DNA of 64,000 bases from Mytilus californianus (lineage: Eukaryota): the NCBI RefSeq assembly GCF_021869535.1, contig NW_026262679.1, positions 84,940,001-85,004,000 of the forward strand. Direction: 5' to 3'. This document shows positions 1-12,714 of this stretch, in pieces. The notes under the pieces were generated by a model that saw only the letters and a list, made by a program, of their open reading frames with translations, had not been told where the DNA came from and made no database searches. The position numbers and the translations under genes were made by a program. Each line of letters begins with the position of its first letter. Position 1 is the stretch's first letter.

Positions 1-2074
1 ATATCTGACAAATATCTCAGCTCAAAACCACTTGATTTAAAATCTGATGACACTAGTGAACAACTGTGGGTCAAGGTGCAAATTATAGGGTCACCTGATT
101 TGTACGTAGGGAGTTTTTATAAACCTCCAAATAAAACCGAGGAGGACTATTTAACACACTTAAGAAAATCTATTTCCAGAATAAGACGTAGGTGGTGATT
201 TTAATCATGGTTGATTGGAATAATTACTCATTAAAACAAAAGGCATACAATACAAAACAATGTCAACAACTTATTGGCATATGCCAAGAAAACTATTTAG
301 AACAAGTTGTAACAACACCAACACATTACACAAGAAACATCACAGTCCATACTTGATCTCTTTTTTACTGATAACAGCTCCCTAGTAAATAAAACTGAAG
401 TTATTCCTGGAATATCTTATCACGAAATTGTATATATCGAATCGAATTTAAAACCTAGAAGGGCGAAACAAATACATAGAAAAGTATTCCTATAGAACAA
501 AGCAAATACTGAGCAAATTAAAGAAAAACTAAATAACATAGATCTTAACAATATTGCAAACATAGTAGAACTCACAATGGATCAACTTTGGGATAATTTC
601 AAAACAATGGTATTGAAAACCATGGAAGAGTCAATTTCAACCAAAATGATAAATAACACAAAACAGAAACTACCGTGGGTTAATAAAGAGATAAAATCAC
701 TCAATAGAAAAAGGAATAAATTGTTCCAAAAATTGAAAACAGACTCACACAATAAAATAGGTAAACAGTACAGGGATACAATGAAACAACTTCAGAAAGT
801 GACAATAAAAGCCTACTGGACATATCTAGAAAACATCGTTTGCTATGACGAAAGCTTAGAAACTTCACAAAAACAGAAAGAGTTTTGGAATTACATCATG
901 TCCACCAGTTCAGGAGTTGCACAGTTAAGATGTGAGGGCATGCTTGATAGATGACAAAAAAAAGGCTGAAATACTAAATAAACAATATCACTTTGTTTTA
1001 CTCCTGAAAATGATAAAGAATAAATACCAACTATCTATCTTTGTCAGAAATACATTTAACATCACATGGTATAGAAAAACTCCTAACAAATCTAGATCCG
1101 TCTAAAGCTACAGGTCCAGATGAAATACCAGCACGCATACTAAAACAATTTGCATCACAATTTGCACCACTCTTACTTTCATTTTTAACACATCTTTTTT
1201 GAAAGGGGATGTACCATCAGACTGGCGACAGGTAAACGTAATTTCTCTATTTAAAATACCTAGCCAGTAACTACAGGCCTGTCTCCTTAACCTGTTTAAG
1301 CTGCAAACTCTTAGAACACATTGTAGTATTGACGTTACAACCTTAAACATTTGGACATGCATAGCATTCTATTGGGCAATCAGCATGGTTTTAGAGCAAA
1401 ACGCAGCTGTGAAACAAAACTTCTTACATTAAGTCATGAATTACTAATTAACCTTAATAATGAAATACAAACTGATCTAATTATTTTAGACTTCTCCAAG
1501 GCATTTGACAAGTTACCTCACAAAAAATTATTAAGGAAGATGGGTAATTATGGCATAAGGGGGAATACTTGGAAATGGGTATCAGGAAAAGTAGTGGACC
1601 CAAGACTGTGCAACAGGTTGTCCTTGATGGGGAGGTATCTAGTCAAAAGCCTGAGGTCATTGGAGTGCCTCAAGGCTCAGTCTTGGGTCCACTACTTTTC
1701 CTGATTTTCATAAATGACCTCCTTTCAACAGTAACATCAGAAACACGCTTGTTCGCAGATGATTGTAATTTATACAGAACAATTAAAAATCAGCAAGATT
1801 GTACCATCTTACAAAATGACTTAAACTGACCTAGCCAATTGGGAACAAACTTGGGTTATGTAATTCCACTCAGAAAAAATGAAACTCCCTCACTGTAACA
1901 AGATGACAGTCACCATACAAACAAGAATATGTACTGAAAGGCCACATTTTAGAATCCGTCAGCACAGCAAAATATCTTGGTATCACCTTATCCAATAACA
2001 TGTCATTGGATATCCATATTAACAACATCACTGCTAAAGAAAATAAGATCTTGGTTTTTTAAAAAGAAATTTAA
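1..2074 (+). mobile_element. Decayed non-LTR retrotransposon (CR1/L2 group) ORF2, 5-prime part: AP endonuclease plus reverse transcriptase
   Basis: Frameshifted frames give endonuclease-like motifs (LYVGSFYKPP near 100, GDFNH near 195, LDLFFTD near 352). RT motifs: KATGPDEIPARILK (about 1103), NYRPVSLTCLSCKLLEHIV (about 1268), QHGFRAKRSCET, LDFSKAFD, GVPQGSVLGPLLFLIFINDL, LFADD. ORFs 577-954, 1351-1704 and 1569-1829 are pieces of it. The start lies upstream of the window. Confidence 0.93.
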
Positions 2075-5000
2075 AGGGAAACTTCGCAAAAACTTGAAAA
2101 ATTGATATTATGTTCATTATGTATAAAAAACACAAATTCACAAATATTAATGTTTTATTCCACTAGATAAGAGATCAGCATCGATTTTAAATTGAGATTA
2201 TCAATTCTTTACATGTAGCCATCTTGACGGCTTCCCTATTAAATAACCACGTGATATCTATCAACCACAAAGGACCAAAACAAACAGGGACTAACGTAGT
2301 CATAATTCAGTGTCGAAATCATTTGTCAGGCGTACGGTTGTTTTAACCCGACAAGATAATGACAAAAGCAATCACAGTTTCCAGGATCCTAAAAATAGAA
2401 TTATATCAAACATGGTTGTACTACCTTTCGGCAAACCTTTTAAACTAACTTGATACGGAACAATGTTCCGTGTAAAATTGTTTTCAAAAATCTAGTTTGG
2501 TCATAAGTCTTTTATGCAATACATTTATTTAAGTCTGTCCTTCTCTAATTTGATCATCAGCATGGCTAAAGGAATTATTGCCAGAGGTATTGTGAGGTGA
2601 CACGTCCAGGTATTCAAGCGATTTCCTGTCGGGCTAAAAAAAACCTCTTTATTACACAATTACATAATGCAGGTTCATACATCGCTTTACTGCAGAGCGT
2701 ATCAGTGTACACGCTTGGAACTTTCCATTAAAAACTATCAGATGTAATATACATCATGTGTACATTTCCTCCCCCCCCCCCATCCCCCCCCCCCCCCCCC
2801 CCCCCCCCCGAGTCCGACAGTGATATACTAGTCATTGCTAAACTCATACCTGTACACAATTTTACTACCACTTGTTTATGAATGACATTTCTGGTGTAAA
2901 GAATGATATTTATTAAAATCTAAATAATTCCAGCTAAAGATTTGTGGAAATAAAATCTTTTTAGATACTTCCTATGGTAAAATTTGGAAAAATGTAAGTA
3001 TATACTCGTTGTCAATGATTTGAAAACATAGCCTGTTTAAATTTATTTCACAAACACGTATGCATTTGTCTGTCATTCAATTTGGTTTATACAGATAGAA
3101 AGTTACGGAACTATAGATAGTCACAATATAATATATATATATATATATATATAAGAGAGAAAAGAATCATATAAATTGCATACATTTAGCATATTTCTGT
3201 ACATCATAGGAACGGGTATACGAAAAATTTCTCAAATGTTGTAGGGCGGAAATACACACATTTGGTATATAAATATAAAATATACACACATCTGGTAGAA
3301 AATAAAGTCTCACCAACTAAAGATAGCATTTTATATATTTTTGTCATTCTTGGTTGAAATGATGGAAGGAGTCATTTAGAAAAATGTACATGTACGCTGT
3401 GGTATAGTAGTGGTAATTCAACTCCCTAGAAAATGCGTATAGCTGCAGTTGCATAGTTCACACCATAAATCTATTTCCAGTTTATTTCTGTCATATATAT
3501 ATATATCTCTGGTTAACAACAAAAAAAATATTTCAAAATTTGAATTTGATGTGACTTACCGTTCATCTTTTTTTTCCTCTTTTTTTTTGGGGGGGGGGGG
3601 GGGGTGGGTAGGAGTGGGAGGTGGTATACATTGTTTAACTGTAGAGTCAATTTATGATTCTAATCTTACTTAAAAAGCATTTTCCAAAAGGGAATTTAAA
3701 AACAACTCACTGCTATCGAAAGTTACAGATGAAAACGTAAATTTACAAAAAAAATTAGTTCCTGGATGTATTTTAAAAATAAAATGTTAGTTATGTGATT
3801 TAAGTTGAGAAAAAAATGTTAGGCAGAATTTAAACCATTTACCCCACCTAGGACACCTCTTAAAAGATGACTGGTGATGCTTTACAATCTTGATAATTTC
3901 TGTGACATGGAACCTTCTGTTTAGGTAGTGATTTACCTTTACATTTTCGGATATTACAGCGGAGCTCAATGTATATTACCTGTATAGTGAAAGCTGCTGT
4001 CCAATGACGTCTCACGTATGTACAGGTTTATATTTATATTTGCGTTCAAAACCTATTTATGATAAAAAGGTTTTATGACATTCACAATTCTGCATGTTCT
4101 GTATACCAAATTCTTTTATGACATTCACAATTCTGCATGTTCTGTATACCAAATTCATATTTTATTTTCAGACCGAATGAGGATATGTAATTTTTGAAGG
4201 AAACATATTGACTATCAAATTAATTTCGGTGTTTTTTACTTAGTATTAAATCGTAAGAAATTTAAAATTACTGCTTGTCCACCAAGCCACCAAGTACTGT
4301 AGCCGATATTATGGAGTATTCTATGTATTTACAAAAAGAATTTTGTTACTGGATGTAATTAGAAATATTTTTTTTAATCTAGTGATATAAGTTGAGAAAA
4401 AAAATCTAGTCCCCACCCAGAACTCCTCTTTATTCAAGAATAGTCATGCTTTACAATCGTGAGAATTTCTTTGACATGGTACATTCTGTATAGGTAGTTA
4501 TTTACCTTGACATTTCTGGGTATTACAGAGCTACATGTATATTACCTGTATATGGTAAGGTGCCGTCCCATGAAGTCTTACGTATACGGGTTCACGTTTA
4601 TAATGGCGTTCAATACCTTTTTCTAATATAACAAGATTTTATGACATTCACACTTCTGAATGTTCTGTTTACCAATTTCATATTTTATTTTCAGACGGAA
4701 TGAGAAAATGTTTATTTTCAAGGAAACATACTGAGTATCAAATTAATTTCGGTGAGTTTTTTTCTTGGTATTAAATCACAGAAGTTTAAAAGTACTACTG
4801 CTTGTCCGCTTGTCCGAGTATTCTTGTCTGTTTAGAGTGGGAATAATGTGTCTTACTGAATAATATGAATGACAAGTCTTGCAAAGGTACAAGATATAAA
4901 GCACATTGAAAATCCGATTCCTCCAGTCTGTCTTAAATACAAATCACAAACGTGTTCTTCCACTGAATAATATATGATTGAAACGCTTCAGCCGAATTTA

Positions 5001-6547
5001 AAACATTTATAATTACATCCACCTTTGCAGTTTTATTTCCTATTTATATTCGAGACTTAGAATTGAACAAATATCAAATGTAACCCTTTAGAATCATGAA
5101 AAATTCCCTTTTTATTAACAAAGTAAACTCCTCCATCATGATTGTAATACAGTTAATAAAAGATTTCGGAAATCAAAAACATTTTGTTCTGTTGGATAAA
5201 AAAAAGGAAGATCGTTAGCTGAAGCAGCCTGAAGAACGGATAGATACAGCCACGTTCCACCAAAAGTGCACCCGTTAATTATCTAAAACTAACTTCGGTG
5301 TTGAATGATTTTGTGTTATATTTTTTTTTTCACCGTGTGAACGAGGTTTTATACATGTTTATATGTATGAATGTTTTATATATGTGAATATTTACATTAA
5401 AGCAAAAGTATTAAACATTTTCCATGGCGAACTATGTATTTTTTCGGTTCCGTTCTAAATAGGCAAAGTTGACTTTAGATGATTTCCGATATTAATTAAA
5501 CACTTTTTGGCCAGGTAACACATACCAAGATTTAAAATATTTAGATTAGAGTGTTTCCGTACATTATTTAACTGTATGAGGTAAATCAAAAGCGCTTTGA
5601 ATACAACAATTTTATAAAATTTAGTTTTTTTTCGTTTTGGTCAGTCAAATGATATACTCTCATTATAATACTTGATTATTAGTTTCCCCAAGATTATTTC
5701 TTCGTTTCTAAACTGATCAAATGAAAAAATCATTTTGATTTTAATAACTTTTCCTTTAGATTTAATTTGAACATTATTTATCATTTTTATAACATCGGAT
5801 TTATTCATCCTACATGTATATGAAATACATGTTCAATATCATGATTTGGTTAACAACGGACCAAACCCTATATATAATTTAATATTCCACGGCGATCTAT
5901 TTGTATTTGCCAACACCTTTAATGTGTATTTTAACTTTATGTATTAAACTCGACCTTCTGTATTATAATCCATTCGAAATGACATTCACACCTGGCATGG
6001 TGTGCCCTAGAGACACGACTAAATACCGATACCTAGCGTAGAAATGTTTGCTTGAATTAAGGGTCAGAACGTATTGTGACTTATTGTCCTTACAGTTAAA
6101 GTTATATTCTCTAAAAAAAAAATCGGTTTTTCGTTGGAAAAGAAAATATTAAAAACAATTAAAAGATTTACTTTTTGCGCTATCAACATATCAAAAATCG
6201 AAATATATAGGTAAACATAGAAAATTTTAACACATGAATATAACAAGTTGCATGTCTGTTCGTTTTATTTTCTTATTATTGAATGGTAATTAGCTATGAA
6301 AATCAGTCATCGGCGCGCTTATGCTTACGTTGAAATATGAGTAAAGAACAAGACTTTAAATGATTTTTCTTTAAATCCCGGCATGCAATATCAGTAGTTA
6401 ACGTCACGTACTGCAGGAAGTAGTCTATAAAAAATTATTGATTTTCTTCTTTATTGCTGCACATATATCGATAAAACTTTGTGCATATGTATTTTATATT
6501 ATGATGATCATATTTAGGTTGTAAGTCAAAAATTGCGAATTTTCCCT
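2075..6547. mobile_element. Non-autonomous Kolobok-type DNA transposon inserted into the LINE
   Basis: TTAA at 2071-2074 and 6548-6551. Termini AGGGAAACTTCGCAA and TTGCGAATTTTCCCT form imperfect inverted repeats, with patchy similarity over about 65 bp. Removing the element restores the LINE frame. No transposase ORF seen. Confidence 0.85.
3770..4810. repeat. Diverged tandem duplication (about 570-bp period) inside the Kolobok-type element
   Basis: About 3770-4280 aligns with about 4350-4810 (shared anchors gatgctttacaatc/catgctttacaatc, tgtatattacctgtata, atattttattttcagac, tcaaattaatttcggtg). Copy 1 also has a local duplication of about 43 bp at 4071-4157. Confidence 0.9.
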
Positions 6548-7231
6548 TTAAAAATAAATCAGGAAGAAACTAAAAGTTTGGCTTATATTTCTATAGTACG
6601 TTCAAACCTTGAATAATTCTCTTGAGTTTGGTCTCCTAACACCCAAAAAACAAAACATTACATTGAAAAAGTACAAAGAAGGGCAGCACGCTACTTCACC
6701 AACAGGTAGCATAACACCAGTAGTGTCACTTCCATGATTGACCATCTTAAATGGAAGTCTATTGAAACTCGCAGAAACATCAATCGAGTAACAATGATGT
6801 ACACAATAACACACAAACTTATAGCAGTAGATCCAAACCTTTACCTTTCACCACAGCCAGTAAAAAACACCAGATTTACCAATTCACTACAATATCAAAC
6901 ATTTAGTACCAGAACAGATTACTTTAAGTACAGTTTTTTCCCATTTACAGTTGTACTGTGGAATTCACTTCCACAAAACTCATTAGCGTTAACTCTTTGG
7001 ATCAGTTTAAAGTACTAATCCAAAGTCAGTACATTTAGACATCTACCTTGTTCACGTTGTTTGTAAATATATAAATGTGTTTATTTTTTTATTTTTGCAC
7101 ACAATTAGTTTTGACCATTGCACTCATAAATTGTTATCTTTTAACAAGTGTCTGTTTGCGATACGCCGACGTATAACTAAGTCATCAATGTGCTGATGGA
7201 TCGTCGTACGATGTAGATGTAGATGTAGATG
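6548..7231 (+). mobile_element. 3-prime part of the same CR1/L2-group LINE, with 3-prime UTR and microsatellite tail
   Basis: Reads KINQEETKSLAYISIVRSNLE, then IEKVQRRAARY, and ORF 6734-7018 (LKWKSIETRR...FKYSFFPFTVVLWNSLP), typical of CR1/L2 ORF2 ends. (GATGTA)3-4 tail at 7210-7231. Confidence 0.9.
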
Positions 7232-7429
7232 GTACTCCCAAGAACTGAATATTGACCCGAGAACCGATGGATATTACCCAAAAACTATTTTTCATTCCAT
7301 AGTTATGAGACTAATAACAGTTATAATTGACACAATACATACATGACAATTAATCGGCTTACGATTAATTGTCTTCTAGATATCCCTTTCTATTCTTGAA
7401 ACAATTTCAAGATGTACAATAAGAGCCGT

Positions 7430-7750
7430 ATCTCATATCATGCGCTCTTGCCCCAGGTGTGTATTTTTCTATGCTTTATAATTTAATGACACTTTGCTGC
7501 TTTATCTTCATTCCTTGTACTTGCTGATGTTGCCTTACTTTGACTTTATGAATTGTTCTGGTCGAGGACACTAGTATAATTACTGGAATTGCGTTGCTAG
7601 CTGAAAATATATTAACGACTGTTTTCATGGCCAAGGCAAGCAGCTGGAAAGCCCGCTAACAATGTTGATGCAAACTGGTAAATTAGTTGATTTTTTTGAA
7701 CAAACATTAACAAACTCCTACACTATAAGACGTTCGAAAGCTTTTTTTTT
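7430..7750. repeat. Unclassified dispersed repeat, second copy at about 37190-37815
   Basis: Shared blocks ctgctttatcttcattccttgtac, ttttcatggccaa-gcagctggaaagcccgctaacaatgttga and ctcctacactataagac occur in both places. Confidence 0.8.
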
Positions 7751-8199
7751 TGTCTGTTACCCCCCAGCAACCACCCACCCCTTAACATTAATATCCTGTG
7801 TACACATGTACTTCCAGAGTTTATTTTTTGTGATATACACAAGTTTTCTAAAATGTACAAATATATGATTATCTTTCCCGTGTACACTACCAAAGAAATA
7901 TATATCATAAAGAACTTTAAGAAAATATGAATATTATGAAAAAAATTCTGATATTAAGTTGATTTTTTGCTAAAACAAAATAATCAAATATTAATGTTTC
8001 ACTGTAATTGTTTTTAAAAAAATACTCTAATTCAAATTTTATATTTAATTGATTTTTTTATTTCATAGAAAATTAAACGAGACTTCATTGCATATGATTT
8101 GTGTCATTTATTTTGTTAATTCAATGTTTATAGCAAAATCCAGGCATTAAAAAAAAAAATTGAAATATTAACTGTTAAAAATGCTAAAAAATTCTAAAT

Positions 8200-8460
8200 A
8201 AATATTTCGTGGAAGGGCAGATAAAATATTTTCAGAGGTTGAAGACTTATTACCATAGATACCACTCACATAAAAAAAAATTGTTGAAGTTATGCATTTT
8301 TAAGACCCACTTGTAAAGTCTGTCGTCAAGTACTTTTAGTAAAAAATTGTTTTTCAAATCACACCTACTATTATATGACTCATTAGAAAGGTATTTCACT
8401 TGACCCATATATTTCATTTTGTAGTACTCTGACATGTTTAATAAAAGAAAAACAAAGTAA
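8200..8460. repeat. Dispersed repeat; inverted homologue at about 61170-61327 plus 62285-62370, split there by a HINE
   Basis: Reverse complement of atgactcattagaaaggtatttcacttgacccatatatt is at about 61197-61233. Reverse complement of gtggaagggcaga-ttttcagaggttgaagac is at about 62320-62356. Confidence 0.75.
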
Positions 8461-8718
8461 ATGGGGTATCCATCCATGACACAAAATCAGTGCATGTACA
8501 TGTACAGCAAAAAACTCTCAAAAAGCAAAGGAACATAAGTATGGAAATTGTGACATTAAAATCAATACCAAGGATCTAGTATTTCTTTATTGACATGAAA
8601 ACAGACAAGTGTCTGGTTTTATATTCTTTAAATAAAAGTATGTAGAAAGCTTTCCAATAGTCATACTGTCTTTTATATTTCAATCATCCACTGTCATACT
8701 CCTTAATTCTTTTATCAG

Positions 8719-8930
8719 GGCCCAGAGCCCACTGCTGTAGCAAGTGGTCTATATGGAAATAATTTGCCAATAGTAGTCGTAGGCACAAGAACTGGGCTCA
8801 TTCACATGTGTAGTGAAGACTTATTGGTACCCAGACATCAATCTGTACACCACGAAGGCATGACGACCCAGCCTTGGAATACCTTGTTCACCAATGACAA
8901 AGCAGGAGACGCCATTATAACCGACATCCG
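8719..8930 (+). CDS. Internal exon of an MSP130 / mesenchyme-specific cell-surface glycoprotein-like gene
   Basis: ttttatcAG acceptor, 212-nt open exon, GTAAGT donor. Translates GPEPTAVASGLYGNNLPIVVVGTRTGLIHMCSEDLLVPRHQSVHHEGMTTQPWNTLFTNDKAGDAIITDI(R). This resembles the GPEPE...PxFESI...TW..LF...GD..PEDI region of MSP130-family proteins (from recall). Not in the ORF track. Confidence 0.7.
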
Positions 8931-9593
8931 GTAAGTACATATAATCGTCTGCATACCAATCCAAATATTGTCTGGATACAAAACTGTTTACCAGTGACTA
9001 CCAAATTACTTAGGTATGATGTTGCTAAAAGTGATACTACAGATAATTGTATGGTAATGGAAATAAAAATAACACTTTTAGGGTTCGAAGTAACTAGTAA
9101 TTATCTCCTTTTGTGGACAATATATTACAAATGATTAAACATTCATAAATTAACATTCATAAACATAAAAGTAAAATTCCAAGAGGCTTATTTTTTCGTA
9201 TATCATATATAATTTGGAATCATACAAATTTGTGTACTAAGTATCTTTAAACAACAGTACAACGTTCACAAGTGGACTAGTTAGAAATGCCATTGAAACA
9301 TGCAGACATTAAAGACTCTATATATAACATATGAGCCAAAACACGCGGTTAGTTTTGAATAGAGCTACCAAAGTTTCAAAGTCGGTAAAATAAAATTTCA
9401 AATTTCAAATAAAATTGCACAGACTCTCAGCCACCTCCCATTTTGGATGGCTATCTTTCAAATGTGTTGTGGTGTATAATTTGGCCTAGGGTAATAATTG
9501 CCTGGTTTTAATCAAGGATTTGTTTGTTTAACCATACAATGGATTCATTTGCTTATTCAACGTCTGTTCATTTATTTAATTATTAATTTTCAG

Positions 9594-9690
9594 AATTACA
9601 AATGCGAAAGAGTCACCAAATGGACAACCTTAAGTATGGGTTATTGGCTCTGCAACAATTATTACAAAGACTACACAGATTAGATATTAA
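9594..9690 (+). pseudogene. Probable terminal exon of the MSP130-like gene with premature stop
   Basis: ttttcAG acceptor in the matching phase. Reads (R)ITNAKESPNGQP*VWVIGSAT..., similar to the family C-terminal SPxGxPLLLVxGxxSG motif. TAA at 9631-9633. Confidence 0.55.
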
Positions 9691-10854
9691 CTTGATATTC
9701 TGAATTCGAAAATTATCAAAATGCTCGATAGATTTATTATTCAAATCATTCAGAACCGTTTTTCTTCGTGTTTGATTTCATCCCCTCTTGCTTAATACTG
9801 TTAATCAAAAGGATAGATAGGCCACGCTTTCGTGTTTTCCTCTTAAACCACAAAACATCGAAAAATTGGTCAAAGACACTAAACAAAAGAAAGTTTATTG
9901 ACATCTAACATGTCTAAGATCAAATATGCACTCAAAATTTCATATGAATAATGATTAATGTAGAAAGAGATCTCTTAACTGATATTTACATTGATTGCCG
10001 CATACATCTTGAATTTTCTTAAACTTCTTACTGATAACATCCAATATGAACAAGTATTTCCAGAATGTTTCTCTTCCGTCATGAAAATATTCGGAAATCT
10101 GCATTCGTCACATCCAAGAAGCGATAGCCCATTAAAAAAACGAATGAAAAGCAAGTATAATAAAAATGTATCTTCCACTCATCAGATTATTTGACCTTAA
10201 TCTTTCTTTTCGTTTTGCTTTCAACTGCAATGTGAATTTAACTTTGCATTGTATGAAGAAAAGAAATAAGTATAGTTAACATTTTGAATTGAATTATCTT
10301 CATTTGTAGATAGAACAGATACATGCATACGCCAGCGCTAAATTTTGTCACATGTTTTATTTTAATAATTAATTTTCCTGAAAAGTATAAAATACATAAA
10401 CACACGATTTTGTAAATTATATATTATATATATATCTGATTAATATAGGTATGGATGAATCGTTTCAATGTTCACACCACTGTGCCATGTTGTGTTAAGA
10501 TGTATCTACATGTATTAAGAAAGAGACAAAAGAGATTTGATTGCTCTTAGTGGAATTTTTGCCCTAAAAACTTTTAATAACCTGAATAATGGATTAAGGA
10601 TAAGATAGAGAGTCAGTAAAGAGAGACAGTAAAACTGATATGCCTCATCATAAACTACAAAAAAATAAAAGGGATTTATAAGTACCGATTATCAGGTTTT
10701 TTGCATATCAATAAATGTACTGCAAAATATAAGATGTGAGTCACAATATGCAGGTTTTCGTCAAAAAGGCTTCGTATTTTGTCTTACAGTTAATATGGTG
10801 AAAATCTGATAATTAATTATTGAATTGTATTTGTGTGTTTTCATGATAAATTGA

Positions 10855-11020
10855 TTGATTTATTTATTGATGATTAACGCCACTTTAAGCATTATTGTGC
10901 TGTTTCGTTGCAGTCAGTTTTTATTGGTAAAGGAAGTCAGAGTGCTAGGAGAGAACCACCGACCTTCATTAGGAAAACTGACAATCGTAGTCAATTAAGA
11001 TTTGAGTCAAGGGCACCTTT
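10855..11020 (-). mobile_element. 5-prime-truncated tRNA-derived V-type SINE
   Basis: Matches the 3-prime half of the 33806-34067 SINE (aacgccactttaagca, agaaccaccgacctt, aggaaaactgacaatc-tagtcaattaagatt) with a (TTGA)n tail. Confidence 0.8.
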
Positions 11021-11369
11021 ATCATGATAGAAACTAGCAAGAAAACATAGGGACTACGTTAACTTTCATTTTGGGTCATTACGAGTCAAAGCTAAAGGTA
11101 GATTGTTGAGCTAAGAGAATGAAAACTGTCAGGAGAAAATATCTCAGGATCATGTCTGTTAATCAATCAATCGTTTTGAAAGGTCAAAAATCATAAATAT
11201 TCATTATTTTAAATAATCAATTAACATGGCTGATATATAGCTGCAAAATTTCTTAATCATTTGATGTGACCAAGAAACATTTCTTGTACAAACGTATGAC
11301 ATCAGGTAAAAGTTATGTAACTTTAGATTTACTTCAATTTGTAAACATGTGTATAACAAACACAACACT

Positions 11370-12238
11370 ATGGCAAGCCGTTCTCGTCAAAACTATGTTT
11401 AAACCATTTTTTCGAAATAATTACACACTGAGAATTAAAAAAATCACACTGAGATTTAAGAACCTAAAATAACACACTGAGAAATCGAAATTACACACTG
11501 AGATTTTAAAATTACACACTGAGATTTAAAAAAATGAAAAACACAAAATGAGAATTTTTAAATTACACACTGAGATTTTAAAAAGACACATTGAGATGAA
11601 ATAAATTGAAAAACACACACTGAGAATTGTTAATTACACAATGAGATTTCAAAAATACACACTGAGATTAATATGCAAATTACTAATGAATATTCATGAG
11701 ATGAATAATTCAACAGATTAATATCTTGGCATCCCGAACTCTTGTTATTATAATGAAATGCGGTTTCCTACAACCAACATTCGTAATAAATTTCAAGCCT
11801 TAACAACTTTTTTTGCTAACTCATATTCATAAGTCTGTTGCCTATAATTCAGATTATTACTAACAGTTTATCGGGATTTTTTGCTTAAAACTGTTTAAGC
11901 ATGGTCCCGTTTCAAAATTCTTTCAACTGTTACCCTGATTTCGCAAGGTAATCTTTTATTTTTGTTACGTTTATATGCTATAATAGGCACTTGAGAAAAA
12001 AAATCACTGCTTTGTTTGTATTTTTGCAGATTGTTCCAATGTTTTCTTATAATTTTAATAAAGTTTTTCACCGTAATCTCAGTGCGTTTTTATGAAATCT
12101 CAGTGTGTAATTTTTAATTCTCAGTGTGTGTGTTTAGGTTTTTTAATCTCAGTGTGTTTTTTTTTTTTTTTTAATTCTCAGTGTGTTAATTTTTTGAAAA
12201 ATGGTTTAAACATAGTTTTGACGAGAACGGCTTGCCAT
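11370..12238. mobile_element. Foldback-like MITE with long TIRs containing (ATTACACACTGAGA)n subrepeats
   Basis: Termini ATGGCAAGCCGTTCTCGTCAAAACTATGTTTAAACCATTTTT and its reverse complement ending at 12238. About 11 subrepeats in the left arm and about 5 in the right. Flanks ACAACACT (11362-69) and ACAACACC (12239-46) form a near-perfect 8-bp TSD. Confidence 0.88.
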
Positions 12239-12714
12239 ACAACACCTCTAAATCTATAAAATGTTTATTGCATAACAGAAAAATTTTATAACGCCTGGTA
12301 TAAAATTGTTGTTTCTTCCGTAAGGTAGATGTTCGTGAATTCTTCTTCTCTCTCTCTAAAATGTGAAAAAACTGCAACTATTTTTCATGGGTTTTTTTTA
12401 AGATGATTAAGCAGGATGTCATTATTAGGACAATACATAAACATAAATTGGAGAAATCTATCCTGTCCCACCAAAAAGCAAATATCACAGATTTGGAAGT
12501 TGCTTTGAGTCCGACACTGTTATTCCTGGATATTTTATTATTCAATATTATTTAGATTGTATCTGTGTAGTTGTCATTCTTAATGTTGTTACACTACTAA
12601 AGAACTAATGTATAATCTTGTTTATGCTCTTCTATATAACATTTGTTATTCCACTGATCAAAATAAAAAGATAAAGTATTAAGAAAATAAGTCCACGTCA
12701 CTCTCTAAAAAAGT

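Noticed and set aside
1108-1362. Minus-strand ORF of 84 aa
   Set aside because: Antisense shadow of the LINE RT region.
2768-2809. Poly-C/G tracts (also about 3589, 15514 and 54205) as G-quadruplex or regulatory elements
   Set aside because: Simple homopolymers are common in such assemblies and length-unreliable. No further support.
11418-11670. CRISPR-like spaced repeats (also the arrays at 23437 and 31640)
   Set aside because: Eukaryotic context, no unique constant-length spacers and no cas genes. Explained as TE subrepeats or minisatellites.
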